64,000 bases of DNA, from positions 22,136,001 to 22,200,000 of the forward strand of contig CM059432.1 in assembly GCA_030390025.1 (NCBI GenBank). The letters run 5' to 3'. The translations under genes were made by a program, and so were the position numbers. Within the stretch, counting starts at the first letter, position 1, and each line of letters opens with the position of its first letter. The DNA is from Squalus acanthias (taxonomy: Eukaryota). Below, piece by piece: positions 1 to 11,171 of this stretch. The notes below the pieces were generated by a model, which saw only the letters and a program-made list of their open reading frames with translations, was not told where the DNA came from and searched no databases.

Positions 1-399
1 TACAACGGAGATGTGATGAAGGTAGTAGTATTAGGTCTGAAAGAAAGTCGCCTCTGATGCTGCTGCATTGAATGTCTTCAGAGACTGCCTGGCCTTGCTG
101 TGAGAGGACATGGAAAAAAATTCTCTCTCTCTCTCTCTCTTTTTTTGCATCCAGGTCCACTCACAGCAAAAGGCAGGCAATCTCTGAGACCAGGCAGTCT
201 CTGCAATGATGACATCATCAGAGGCGACCTTCAGACTGAAACCACTAATTGGTTCATGGGTTCCCACATGCTGGAACTCAATTGCCCAATTAAGTTAAAA
301 TTGCATCATTCATCCACATTAATCTGGAGTCGGGGGGGGGGGGCAACACGAAATGCGGATCACACGACCCCAACCCGACCCCAAGACAAAATCCAGCCC
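1..399. mobile_element. Right part of a Harbinger-like MITE with an internal fold-back
   Basis: Ends in AAAATCCAGCCC, the same GGG-type terminus seen on other MITEs here. Imperfect inverted repeat spans 34-238. The left end lies outside the window. Confidence 0.4.
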
Positions 400-486
400 A
401 TAATCTATCCAGGCTAATTTTTCTTCTGCCAAAAATTATCCTTAAAACATTTCACTTACTTGTTTTCTTCCTCCTCACTCCAACAA

Positions 487-850
487 GGGAATGGTAGCAT
501 AGTGGTAATGTTACTGGACTAGTAATCCTAAACCTGGACTAATAATTCAGTGATTAAGAATTCAAGTCCCACCACTAACAGCTGAGGAATTTAAATTCAG
601 TTAATTAAATAAATCTGGATTAAAAAGTAATGGTGACCATAAAACTATCAGATTGTTGTAAAAACTCATCTGATTCACTAATGTCCTTTAGGAAAAGAAC
701 ATCTGCTGTCTTTACCTATATGTAACTCCAGACCCACGGCAATGTGGTTGATTCTTAACTGCCCTCTGAAATGGACTGGCAAGTCACACAAGAACAATTA
801 GGCATGAGCAATAAATGCTAGCGACACCCACATCCTGTGAATAAATAAAA
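487..850 (+). mobile_element. tRNA-derived SINE whose 3' tail matches the CR1-group LINE at 34546-35131
   Basis: A-box-like TAGCATAGTGG and B-box-like TTCAAGTCC. Tail CAATTAGG..GCAATAAATGCT..GCGACACCCACATCC followed by an A-rich end. Confidence 0.75.
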
Positions 851-1115
851 TCTGTCCATTTTGGAAGTGGGTGCAGCATCCAAAAGTTGGACTTCTGATG
901 ACCTAAAATTATCTCGAATTGAGCACATTTATAGCAGCAATTGATTGCAAAAAAATTCAATGATTGCTAGTGCCACATTTCAAAAGTGTCCATTCAGTAA
1001 TGAGGGTTAACATTTGGCAGTAGAGATTGACAGCAATAATATATGGTTTGTATATTGCTAATGTGTGGACCGATTTACTGCTCACTCAGTAGGTTCTTTG
1101 CTGCTAAGCATCTTT

Positions 1116-1620
1116 ACAACAACAGCAGCAACTTGGATTTATATAGCAGCTTTAATGTAGTGAAACATCCCAAGGCACTTCACAGGAGCGTTACCAAACA
1201 AAATTTGACACCGATCCACATAAGGAGATATTAGGACAGGTGACCAAAAGCTTGGTCAGAGAGGTAGGTTTTAAGGAGCGTGTTAAAGGAGGAGAGAGAG
1301 GTAGAGAGGCGAAGAGGTTTAGGGAGGGAATTCCAGTGCTTAGGGCCTTGTCAGCTGAAGGCACGGCCACCAATGGTGGAGCAGAAGGTTACAGAGACAG
1401 GGAGGGGTGAGGTCATGAAGGGATTTGAAAACAATGTTGAGAATTTTAAAATCGAGGCGTTGCCGGACCGGGAACCAATGCAGGTCAGCGAGCACAGGGG
1501 TGACGGGTGAATGGGACTTGGTGTGAGTTCGGATACGGGCAGCAGAGTTTTGGATGAGCTCAAGTTTATGGAGGATGGAAGATGGGAGTCGGGCCAGGAG
1601 AGCATTGGAATAGTCAAGTC
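1116..1620 (-). mobile_element. L2 LINE 3' fragment
   Basis: Reverse complement of the L2 end at 18518-19278, including the GCTATATAAAT..AAGTTG(Y)TG tail. Confidence 0.8.
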
Positions 1621-2298
1621 CAGACTACATTCACTTCTGCCTAAAGCTTCTTACTAAACACACTGACTATAGAAGTGGTTTGAAGTGGCTTTGTATTTAT
1701 GCAAAGCATGTGAGTTTCCTGTTTTAACAGCTAGAAAGAATGTAACAATTGCAGAAAATAATGACTTTCACATCTAAATATAGACACATGAAAAAAATAT
1801 ATAATAGTGTAGTCCAGATTCAATGGCTGTTTAGGTCAAATTCAGTAATTTTACCTCTTGTACCTAAGCATAAAAGTAAATACTCTTTTTTTCAATGTTT
1901 GGGTTATTAGTGTAGAATTGTGGCAGAAGATTTTGTGATTGATCACAAATGAATATTGTTGGTTAATAAAACCAAGCAAATTACCTATAATTTTATTTTG
2001 AGGGAATGGAACCATAGAATCATAGAATGAGACAGCACAGAAGGAGGCCACTCGGCCCATTGTGCCTGTGCCAGCTCTCTAAAAGGGCTATTATCTTAAA
2101 ATAAACCATTTTTTTCTACTTTCTCTCATGCCAATAGTACTTTGAGTCCTGCAAAGAATGTTAATAATACAATCTAGGACAGTTTCCTAGGACAATATAC
2201 ATAGATACATAGATACATAGAAGATAGGAGCAGGAGTAGGCCATCCGGCCCTTCGAGCCTGCTCCGCCATTTAATGAGATCATGGCTGATCCTCCAAT

Positions 2299-5166
2299 TC
2301 AGTATCCCGTCCCCGCCTTCTCTCCGTAACCCTTAACCCCTTTTGCCTGTAGAAATACATCTAATTCCCTCTTAAATATATTTAATGAGCTGGCGTACAC
2401 TGCCCTCTGTGGCAATGAGTTCCACAGGTTCACCACCCTCTGAGTGAAGAAATTCCACCTCATTTCTGTCCTAAATGGTTTAGCCCTTATCCTTAAATTA
2501 TGTCCTCTAGTTCTGTTCTCACCCGCCAAGGGAAACATTCCTTCTGCATCTAGTCTGTCTAGACCTGTCAGAATTTTATACACTTCTATGAGGTCCCCTC
2601 TCAATCTTCTAAACTCCAGTGTGTACATCCCTAAACTACATAGTCTCTCCTCATAGGTCAATCCCGCCATTCCTGGTATCAGCCTGGTGAATCGCCGCTG
2701 CACCCCCTCCATGGCAAGAACATCTTTCCTCAGATGAGGCGACCAAAACTGTACACAGTACTCGAGGTGTGGTCTCACCAGTGCCCTGTACAGCTGCAGC
2801 AAGGTATCCCTGTTCCTGTATTCCAACCCTTTTGCTATGAAGGCCAGCATACCGTTTGCCTTCTTGATCGCCTGTTGCACCTGCATGCTCGCCTTCAGTG
2901 ACTGGTGTACAAGAACACCCAGGTCTCTCTGTACTTCCCCCTCTCCCAATTTATTGCCATTTAAATAATAATTTGCCCTCCCGTTCCTGCACCCAAGGTG
3001 GATAACTTCGCACTTGTCCACATTATAGTGCATCTGCCATTTATCCGCCCAATCACCCAGTCTGTCCAAATCGCTCTGGAGCTTCCTGGTCTCCTCCTTT
3101 GAGCCCACCCCCCCTCCTAGTTTAGTGTCGTCTGCAAATTTGGAAATGCTGCATCCGACTCCCTGATCCAGGTCATTAATGTAAATTGTGAACAGCTGGG
3201 GACCCAGGACAGATCCCTGTGGTACCCCACTTGTTACTGCCTGCCATTCAGAAAATGAGCCGTTTATTCCAACTCTCTGTTTTCTATCTGACAGCCAGTT
3301 CTCTATCCACGTCAATACTTTCCCCTTTATCCCATGAGCTTCAATTTTCCCTGCTAATCTTTTATGTGGGACCTTATCGAAGGCCTTTTGGAAGTCCAGG
3401 TACACCACATCTACTGGCTCTCCCCCATCTATTTTACCAGTTACTCCCTCAAAAAATTCCAATAGATTAGTCAAGCACGATTTACCCTTTGTAAATCCAT
3501 GTTGACTCTGTCCTATCCTGTCCCCATTTGCTAAGTGCTCCGCTATTTCATCCTTAATGATGGACTCCAGCATTTTGCCCACAACTGATGTAAGGCTTAC
3601 AGGTCTGTAATTACCTGCTTTTTCCCTACCCCCCTTTTTGAATAGTGGGGTAACGTTAGCTACCCTCCAATCCATGGGCACTGTTCCCGAGTCTAATGAA
3701 TTCTGAAAAATCATACTTAGTGCATCCGCTATCTCTAGGGCCACCTCCTTCAGCACCCTAGGATGCATGTTATCAGGCCCTGGGGATTTGTCCGCCTTCA
3801 ATCCCTTTAGCTTCCTTAACACCATATCCTTAGAGATATTGACTTGCGTCAGTTCCTCCTTTGCAAATGTCCCTATTTTTCCCGATATCCCAGGGAGGTT
3901 TTTTGTGTCTTCCTTCGTAAAGACTGACCCAAAGTATGCATTTAGTTGGTCTGCCATTTCCTTATTTCCCGTTATATATTCCCCCGTATCTGACTGCAAT
4001 GGGCCAACTTTGGTTTTCACCAGTCTTTTCCTCTTGATATACTTATAAAAGCTTTTGGAGTTAGTTTTTATATTTTCCGCCAGCTTGCTTTCGTAAGCTA
4101 TTTTGCCCCTCTTGATTAAGCCCTTTGTCCTCCTTTGCTCTATCTTAAACTGTTCCCAATCTTCCGCTCTGGCGCTTTTTTTGGCTATTTTATACGCCCT
4201 ATCTTTGGATTTTATGCTGTCTCTAATTTCCCCTGTTATCCACGGTTGAGTCACCTTTTTAGATTTCCTTTTATGCCAGATTGGTATAAACAATTTTTGC
4301 AATTTTGTCATTCTATCTTTAAATGCTTGCCATTGTTTATCTACCTCCAGTCCTCCCAGGAACGTTGTCCAATCAGACCTACTCAGTTCCCGTCTAATGG
4401 CATCATAATTCCCCTTGTTTAAATTCAGGACCTTAGTATCTGAGTCAATTTCTTCGCTCTCCATTTCGAGTGAGAAATCGATCATGTTATGATCGCTCTG
4501 ACCCAAGGGTCCCCGTACAACAAGATTACTAATTAGTCCCTTCTCATTGCACAGTACCCAGTCCAATATAGCCTGTTCCCGAGTTGGTTCCTCGACATAT
4601 TGATCCAGATAACCATCCCTTAAACACTCAAGGAATTCCTCCTCCTCATTATTTTTACTGATTAGGCTATTCCAATCTATATGTAAGTTAAAGTCACCTA
4701 TGATGACAGCTGTGCTCTTATTGCACGCTTCTCTAATTTCCCTCGTGATGCCCTCCCCAACCTCTATTTTACTATTTGGAGGCCTATATACCACTCCTAT
4801 TAATGTTTTTCGCCCCTCGCTATTTCTTAGCTCCACCCATATAGATTCTGTATTAACTGAGTTAATATCCTTCCTTTCAATTGCATTTATCCCTTCTTTT
4901 ACCAGCAATGCTACCCCTCCTCCCTTTCTTTTTTGTCGATCCTTCCTAAATACTGAATACCCCTGTATGTTAAGCTCCCAGCCCTGCTCACCCTGCAACC
5001 ATGTTTCCGTAATCCCAATTAGATCATAATTATTAACCTCTATTTCCACAGCTAATTCATCTACCTTGTTCCTGATGCTTCTCGCATTAAGGTATAAAAC
5101 CCTCAGGCTTTTTTTATGCTCACATTTTTTATGAATTAGTTTGGCCCTTTGTTTTTTGTTCCTCAC
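2299..5166 (-). CDS. CR1 ORF2: APE endonuclease plus reverse transcriptase (frame open upstream to 5265; the track start is GTG)
   Basis: Endonuclease motifs LNARSI, GITETW, GDFN and SDH. RT motifs [21 protein letters not shown] and FADD. 955 aa without a stop. Confidence 0.95.
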   Translation of the reverse strand: MRNKKQRAKLIHKKCEHKKSLRVLYLNARSIRNKVDELAVEIEVNNYDLIGITETWLQGEQGWELNIQGYSVFRKDRQKRKGGGVALLVKEGINAIERKDINSVNTESIWVELRNSEGRKTLIGVVYRPPNSKIEVGEGITREIREACNKSTAVIIGDFNLHIDWNSLISKNNEEEEFLECLRDGYLDQYVEEPTREQAILDWVLCNEKGLISNLVVRGPLGQSDHNMIDFSLEMESEEIDSDTKVLNLNKGNYDAIRRELSRSDWTTFLGGLEVDKQWQAFKDRMTKLQKLFIPIWHKRKSKKVTQPWITGEIRDSIKSKDRAYKIAKKSARAEDWEQFKIEQRRTKGLIKRGKIAYESKLAENIKTNSKSFYKYIKRKRLVKTKVGPLQSDTGEYITGNKEMADQLNAYFGSVFTKEDTKNLPGISGKIGTFAKEELTQVNISKDMVLRKLKGLKADKSPGPDNMHPRVLKEVALEIADALSMIFQNSLDSGTVPMDWRVANVTPLFKKGGREKAGNYRPVSLTSVVGKMLESIIKDEIAEHLANGDRIGQSQHGFTKGKSCLTNLLEFFEGVTGKIDGGEPVDVVYLDFQKAFDKVPHKRLAGKIEAHGIKGKVLTWIENWLSDRKQRVGINGSFSEWQAVTSGVPQGSVLGPQLFTIYINDLDQGVGCSISKFADDTKLGGGVGSKEETRKLQSDLDRLGDWADKWQMHYNVDKCEVIHLGCRNGRANYYLNGNKLGEGEVQRDLGVLVHQSLKASMQVQQAIKKANGMLAFIAKGLEYRNRDTLLQLYRALVRPHLEYCVQFWSPHLRKDVLAMEGVQRRFTRLIPGMAGLTYEERLCSLGMYTLEFRRLRGDLIEVYKILTGLDRLDAEGMFPLAGENRTRGHNLRIRAKPFRTEMRWNFFTQRVVNLWNSLPQRAVYASSLNIFKRELDVFLQAKGVKGYGEKAGTGY

Positions 5167-5240
5167 CCTTTTACCATTTATTTCTGTCTGCCTTTCACTT
5201 TCCTCTATTTCACTACATAGGTTTCTAGCCCCCTGCCATA

Positions 5241-6188
5241 CTAGTTTAAATGCTCCCGAACTGCTTTATCAAAAATTACCCCGAGAACATCAGTTCCATC
5301 TTTGCACAGGTGTAGACCGTCCCTTTTGTATAGGTCACACCTACCACAAAACTGGTTCCAATGACTCAAAAATTTAAAACCCTCCCTCTTACACCACTGC
5401 TCAAGCCACGTATTTAGCCTAACTATCCTGTTCTCTGTACTCTTACTAGCACGTGGCACTGGTAGTAATCCAGAGATTACTACCTTCGAGGTCCTACTTT
5501 TTAGCTTGGCTCCTAACTCCCTAAATTCTACTTGTAGGACCTCTTCCCTTTTTTTAGCTACGTCGTTGGTACCAACATGTATCACGACAACTGGCTGTTC
5601 CCCCTCCCCCTCCAGAATGTTCTGCACCCGCGCCGAGACATCCTTGACCCTTGCACCAGGGAGGCAACATACCATCCTGGAGTCTCGGTCGCGACCACAG
5701 AAACCCCTATCTATTCCCCTTACAATCGAATCCCCTATTACTATAGCCCTGCCACTCTTTTTCCCTCCCTTCTTTGCAACAGAGCCAGTCATGGTGCCAT
5801 GAGCCTGGCTGCTGGTGCCTTCCCCCGATGAGTCATCCCCCCCGACAACAGCACCTAAGGCGGTGAACCTGTTGCTAAGGGAGACAACCCCAGGGGATTT
5901 CTGCACTACCTTCCTGCCCTTGCTCTGCCTTTTGGTCACCCATGTACTATCTACGCTGGCCTTAACCTGCGGTGTGACCAACTCACTAAATGTGTTATCC
6001 ACAACCCTCTCAGAATCGTGGATGCTCCAAAGTGAGTCCATCCGCAGCTCAAGGGCCGTCATGCGGTCCCACATGAGCTGCAGCTGGACACACTTCCCGC
6101 ACACATGGTTGTCAGGGACACAGGAAGCGTCCCTGATTTCCCACATGTTACAGGAGGAGCATGACACAGGTCCGAGCTCTACTGCCAT
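5241..6188 (-). CDS. CR1 ORF1: CxxC..CxxC zinc finger/leucine zipper plus SGNH/GDSL esterase
   Basis: CSSC and CGKC, then SGNH blocks IGDSIVR, HVGTND and DGLHL. 315 aa with ATG start. Confidence 0.93.
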   Translation of the reverse strand: MAVELGPVSCSSCNMWEIRDASCVPDNHVCGKCVQLQLMWDRMTALELRMDSLWSIHDSERVVDNTFSELVTPQVKASVDSTWVTKRQSKGRKVVQKSPGVVSLSNRFTALGAVVGGDDSSGEGTSSQAHGTMTGSVAKKGGKKSGRAIVIGDSIVRGIDRGFCGRDRDSRMVCCLPGARVKDVSARVQNILEGEGEQPVVVIHVGTNDVAKKREEVLQVEFRELGAKLKSRTSKVVISGLLPVPRASKSTENRIVRLNTWLEQWCKREGFKFLSHWNQFCGRCDLYKRDGLHLCKDGTDVLGVIFDKAVREHLN

Positions 6189-6646
6189 GACTTAACCCTT
6201 ATATTACTTTTTAATTTTCTAGTTTTAGTTTATTTATTGACTTTTGTTTTCCCGAAGCTTACTTAGACCAATGTAGACTGTACTCCTCTTATTCCTTTTT
6301 AAACTAACCAAATCCCACTAGTTTTAGTTTTACTTTCTAGGAAGGTTTGAGGAAAGTACTTACCAGTTAGTCTTACCTCCCTGGTCTTTCGCTGACTTCC
6401 CGGTCTTGTGTCCCCTTGGTCCTACGCCGACTTCCCGCTCCTCCCGGTTCCTGCCCTGCTGAAAAGAAACTGAGACCAAAAAATTTGTGACCTCTGTTTT
6501 TAGACTGCTAAAAGACTAGTAGGTTAGAGGAGGAGGGCGGGTGGGGGTTCCTACTCTGTAGGAACTCGGGTTTAAGCCACCACCCTCCTTAAATGCTGTT
6601 CACCTGGGTGCTTCCCACCTGGTCCGCTTCCGGTCTCGTCTCTCCG

Positions 6647-7109
6647 GACACTGGCCTCTGCAAAAAAAAAAGCCCGCGAAAGTGAGTTTAACTACTCACT
6701 GTGCTGCTGCTCTCTCCGCTCCCGACACTGGCCTCTGCAAAAAAAGCCCGCGAAAGTGAGTTTAAATACTCACTGTGCTGCTGCTCTCTCCGCTCCCGAC
6801 ACTGGCCTCTGCAAAAAAAGCCCGCGAAAGTGAGTTTAAATACTCACTGTGCTGCTGCTCTCTCCGCTCCCGACACTGGCCTCTGCAAAAAAAGCCCGCG
6901 AAAGTGAGTTTAAATACTCACTGTGCTGCTGCTCTCTCCGCTCCCGACACTGGCCTCTGCAAAAAAAAGCCCGCGAAAGTGAGTTTAAATACTCACTGTG
7001 CTGCTGCTCTCTCCGCTCCCGACACTGGCCTCTGCAAAAAAAAGCCCGCGAAAGTGAGTTTAACTACTCACTGTGCTGCTGCTCTCTCCGCTCCCGACAC
7101 TGGCCTCTC
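6647..7109 (-). repeat. Tandem 74-77 bp monomers (6 full plus 14 bp) forming the CR1 5' end
   Basis: Units start at 6647, 6724, 6798, 6872, 6946, 7021 and 7096. They differ only in A-run length and one base, and lie inside the TAT TSD. Confidence 0.95.
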
Positions 7110-7822
7110 TATGTGATGGAACCAACCAGGAAACAGGTTATTTTAGATCTTGTATTGTGTAATGAGACAGGGTTAATTAGCAATCTCATAGTAAAGGATC
7201 CTCTGGGGCAGAGTGATCATAATATGATAGAATTTCACATTAATTTTGAGAGTGACTTGCCTAAGTCCGAAACTAGAGTCTTAAACATAAATAAAGCCAA
7301 TTGCAGAGGTATGAGGGGTGAGTTGGCTAAGGTAGATTGGAAAAAATGATTAAAAAGTATGGCGTTAGATAAGCAGTGATTAGCATTTAAAGAAATATTT
7401 CTCAACAAAAATACATTCCATTGAGAAACAGAAACTCCACAGGAAAAGTGATCCAACCATAGCTAACTAAAGAAGTTCAGGATAGTATTAGATTGAAAGA
7501 AGAAGCTTATAATGTTGCGAAGAATAGTAGTAAGCTTGAGGATTTGGAGAGTTTCAGAAACCAGCAAAGGATGACCAAAAAATTGATAAAAAGGGAAAAA
7601 ATAGAATATGAGAGAAACCGAGCAAGAAATATAAAAGCAGATTATAAGAGCTTCTACAAATATGTAAAAAGGAAGAGAGTAGCAAAAGTAAATGTTGGTC
7701 CCTCAGAGGCTGAGACAGAAGAAACTATTATGGGGAATAAGGAATTGGCAGAAACGTTAAACAAATATTTTGTATCTGTCTTTGTAAAAGAAAACAAAAA
7801 GCATACCAAAAAGGGGAACCAA

Positions 7823-8715
7823 GGGGTAAAAATTCAGTTGGTTGCGCCTCCCGTTAGCGCCTTAAGAGGGCGCTAATGGGGCGCAAAGCCGCTAACGCTC
7901 GGGCGCAGCGATGTTTGCACCGCTCGGGAACTTAACTAGACATTGTACGGCGGCGCTAAACTTTACCGCTGCGACCACCTGCGCGCGCAGATTGTGACGT
8001 CATTCCATGGTGCAACGCCCTTGTGGCGCCCCGGAGCGGAAATTGAGTGGCGCCCCCTGCCTTACCGCCTGACGCTAGCAACGACAGGTTGAGGGGAGCG
8101 TTCTGCAGTCATGAAGGGAAAGGGGGAGCGCTATTTAAAGGTGACCGATTCCTGCCTTTTATTGTTGGTGCCATTTTTGAACTACGCATTCTGAGAGAGA
8201 GAGGGAGAGACTTCTGAAGAGATTCAACGTGGTGTGAAGGAGTTTTGGGTACTAAGCAGCACTTTGCAGGTTCATTTTGATTTGCCATTCCTTGTATCGA
8301 TTTAGCAGAGACTGTGGGGGCTGCACTCTGAGCTCTTTACCTTGTACTCTCCATTGTTCTTTCCAGCACATTTGATGTGCAAGTCTCTCCAGGCCGAGAT
8401 TCAAGGCTGCAATGAACAGGATGTGGATGGAAAGCAAGATTAACCATCCCCTTTAAGAACTGGCCCGTGCCATTGTGTGTGTGTTCCATTGCTGACTGAC
8501 ATTACATGAGCTTCGCCAGCGCTCTGAGTTAGCGCCTCACTCCTTGGCCTTTGCGCCTTAAGACAGGTGTGCAGTGCCTGATTTAGCGCTCCACTCACCT
8601 CCCGGGGTGGTAAAAGTGAAGTTTCCAGTCAGTGGCGATAATTAGCGCCAGGCGCTAATATTTGCGTCCAGACGATATTTGCGCCCCAAATGGGGCGCGA
8701 CCTAATTTTTCCCCC
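7823..8715. mobile_element. Non-autonomous Harbinger element, 893 bp
   Basis: Termini GGGGTAAAAATT and AATTTTTCCCCC, 3-bp TSD CAA. Both ends match the element at 9507-15129 in opposite orientation. Confidence 0.93.
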
Positions 8716-11171
8716 CAAGGATCTAATGAGGGTAAGGAACTTAACGTAATTAATATAAGTAGAGAAAAACTACGAGAGAAACTAATGGGACTAAAAGTCG
8801 ACAAATCCCCTGGACCTGACAGCCTACATCCTAGGATTCTAAAAGAGGTGGCTGAAGAGATAGTGGATGCATTGGTTTTGATCTTCCAAAATTCCCTAGA
8901 TTCTAGAACGGTCCCAGCGGATTGGAAGGTCGCAAATGTAACACTGCTATTCAAGAAAGGAGGGAGAGAGAAAACAGGGAACTACAGGTCAGTTAGCCTG
9001 ACATCAGTCGTCGGGAAAATGCTGGAATCCATTGTTAAGGAAATGGTATCAGGGCACTTAGAAAATCATAACATGATTAGGTAGAGTCAACATGGTTTTA
9101 TGAAAGGGAAATCGTGTTTGACAAATTTATTAGAGTTTTTTGAGGATGTAACTAGCATGGTAGATAAAGGGGAACCAGTGGATGTAGTATATTTGGATTT
9201 CCAAAAGGCATTCGATAAGGTGCCACATAAAAGGTTATTACACAAGATTAGGGCTCATGGGGTTGGGGTAATATAGTAGCATGGATAGAGGATTGGTTAA
9301 CGGACAGAAAACAGAGAGTCGGGATAAACGGATCTTTTTCAGGTTGGCAGGCTGTAACTAGTGGGGTGCCTGCAAGGATCAGTGTTGGGGCCTCAGCTAT
9401 TTACAATCTATATTAATGACCTAGATGAAGGGACCAAGTGTAATGTATCCAAGTTTGCTGATGATACAAAGCTAAGTGGGACAGTAAGCTGTGAGGAGAA
9501 CACAAAGGGGTAGAAATTAGGTCACGCCCCATTTGGGGCGCAAATATCGTCTGGACGCAAATATTAGCGCCTGGCGCTAATTATCGGCACTGACTGGAAA
9601 CTTCACTTTTACCGCCCCGGGAGGTGAGTGGAGCGCTAAAGCAGGCGCTGCACACCTGTCTTAAGGCGCAAAGGCCAAGGAGTGAGGCGCTAACTCAGCG
9701 CGCGAGCGCAGCGCAGCTGCTGCCAGTTAGCGAGGGAACACAGACACACTGGCGCCGGCCACTTCTTAAAGCGGGGGGGGCCAACTTGCTCCCCAGCCAC
9801 ACCCTGCTCATTGCAGCCTTGAATCTCGGCCTGGAGAGACCTGTGAATCCATTTTGCTGCCAAGCATGGAGAGGGTGAGAGAACGCACTCATCGCTTCAC
9901 CGAGCGGGCCTTGGATGCTCTGGTTGGCGCGGTGGAGTGCAGACGATGTATGCTCTTCCCTGAGAGTGGCAGGAGGCCTTTGCCACGCGAGTTCAGAAGA
10001 GTGTGGAGGGAGGTGGCTCAGAGCGTCTCCTCCAGGAGCATGGTGCCCAGGACCCATACTCAATGCCGCAAAAAGTTCAACGACCTCACTCGGGTCGTCA
10101 GGGTGAGTGGCTTTTTCTCAATACCTCTCCATCCCTCCATCTCAACCTCACTCTATGGCCAGAGGGTCTTAAAACCCCAATGCACAACACTCATCCAACA
10201 CCTATGGCCCTTTCATCAAACACACACACACATTCCACACTTTGCATACAGTAAGGGCTATTCACCTATGGGAGGCACATCAGGCAAGACCATGGCTGTA
10301 TATTTACTCAGATGCTGTCCTTTTTCTTACAGGCCAAGCTGGTGCATAATCGGAGACAGCAGCAACGGACAGGTGGAGGGCGGCCTCAGCTGCAACCCCT
10401 CAGCGATCTGGAGGAGTGCATCCACAGGATTGTGGCAAGCCGGGTGATCGGTCCCGTCGCCACTGGAGACGCCGACCCCGTTCTGGACAGCAATGGTAAG
10501 GTCATCACCTTTTTGTCCTCTGTCCTTCCACTTGTCCCTCACAACACCAGCCTTTGACACTTTCAATCCAACTTGCTAACTCGCTGCACTTATTCCTCCC
10601 TTACTGCCACCCTGTCCTCACGCTAAAGCCACTCTTGTACCTCCCTGCTTTCAGATGGTGATTCACCAGCTGAGGAGATGGTCCCTGAAGCTGCCACTGG
10701 GAGTGATGCTGCAGCTGAGGAGGAAGAGGAAGCCGGAGCATCAGTGCCACCCTCTCCCGAGGAAGCCCATGCCCACACTGGGAACACGCCTTCCCTGGAG
10801 GGGAGCAGGGGGGAAGGGTCTGATGAGGGTGAAGATCCAGGACCCAGCGGGCTGCAGCAACGCCATGGGGGGGGTAGGGAAGAACGGGGGCCTTCTCCCC
10901 AGAGGGAGAGTATGCCAGACACTCCTACTGCAATGGACGCAGAGGAGGAGTGGCTGATTGCAGAAATGAACAGCCAGGCGGTGGGCATGCACACTGAGCT
11001 CATGGGTGCAGTGGGAAGGGTGCCCGAATGCATTGAGTCACTGGCAAGGAGTGTGGAGCACTTCGCTGTAGCACAGGCGGATGCCACACTAACGCTTAGT
11101 GCTGCAATTCAGTCACTGGCTGCCGTGATCCCATCTCTGACTGCTCTCACCCCCAATATGCCAACATCTTC

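Larger units (their letters stand above)
2199..7109 (-). mobile_element. Full-length, apparently intact CR1 LINE
   Basis: Both ORFs are uninterrupted. (TATCTATG)n 3' tail at 2199-2222 and CR1 3' hairpin. TAT duplicated at 2196-2198 and 7110-7112. Confidence 0.95.

Noticed and set aside
6647..7109. CRISPR-like array
   Set aside because: The units are contiguous with no unique spacers, there are no cas genes and the context is eukaryotic.
6701..7349. Repetitive Cys/Lys-rich ORFs
   Set aside because: They are translations of the tandem monomers running into the host CR1 fragment.
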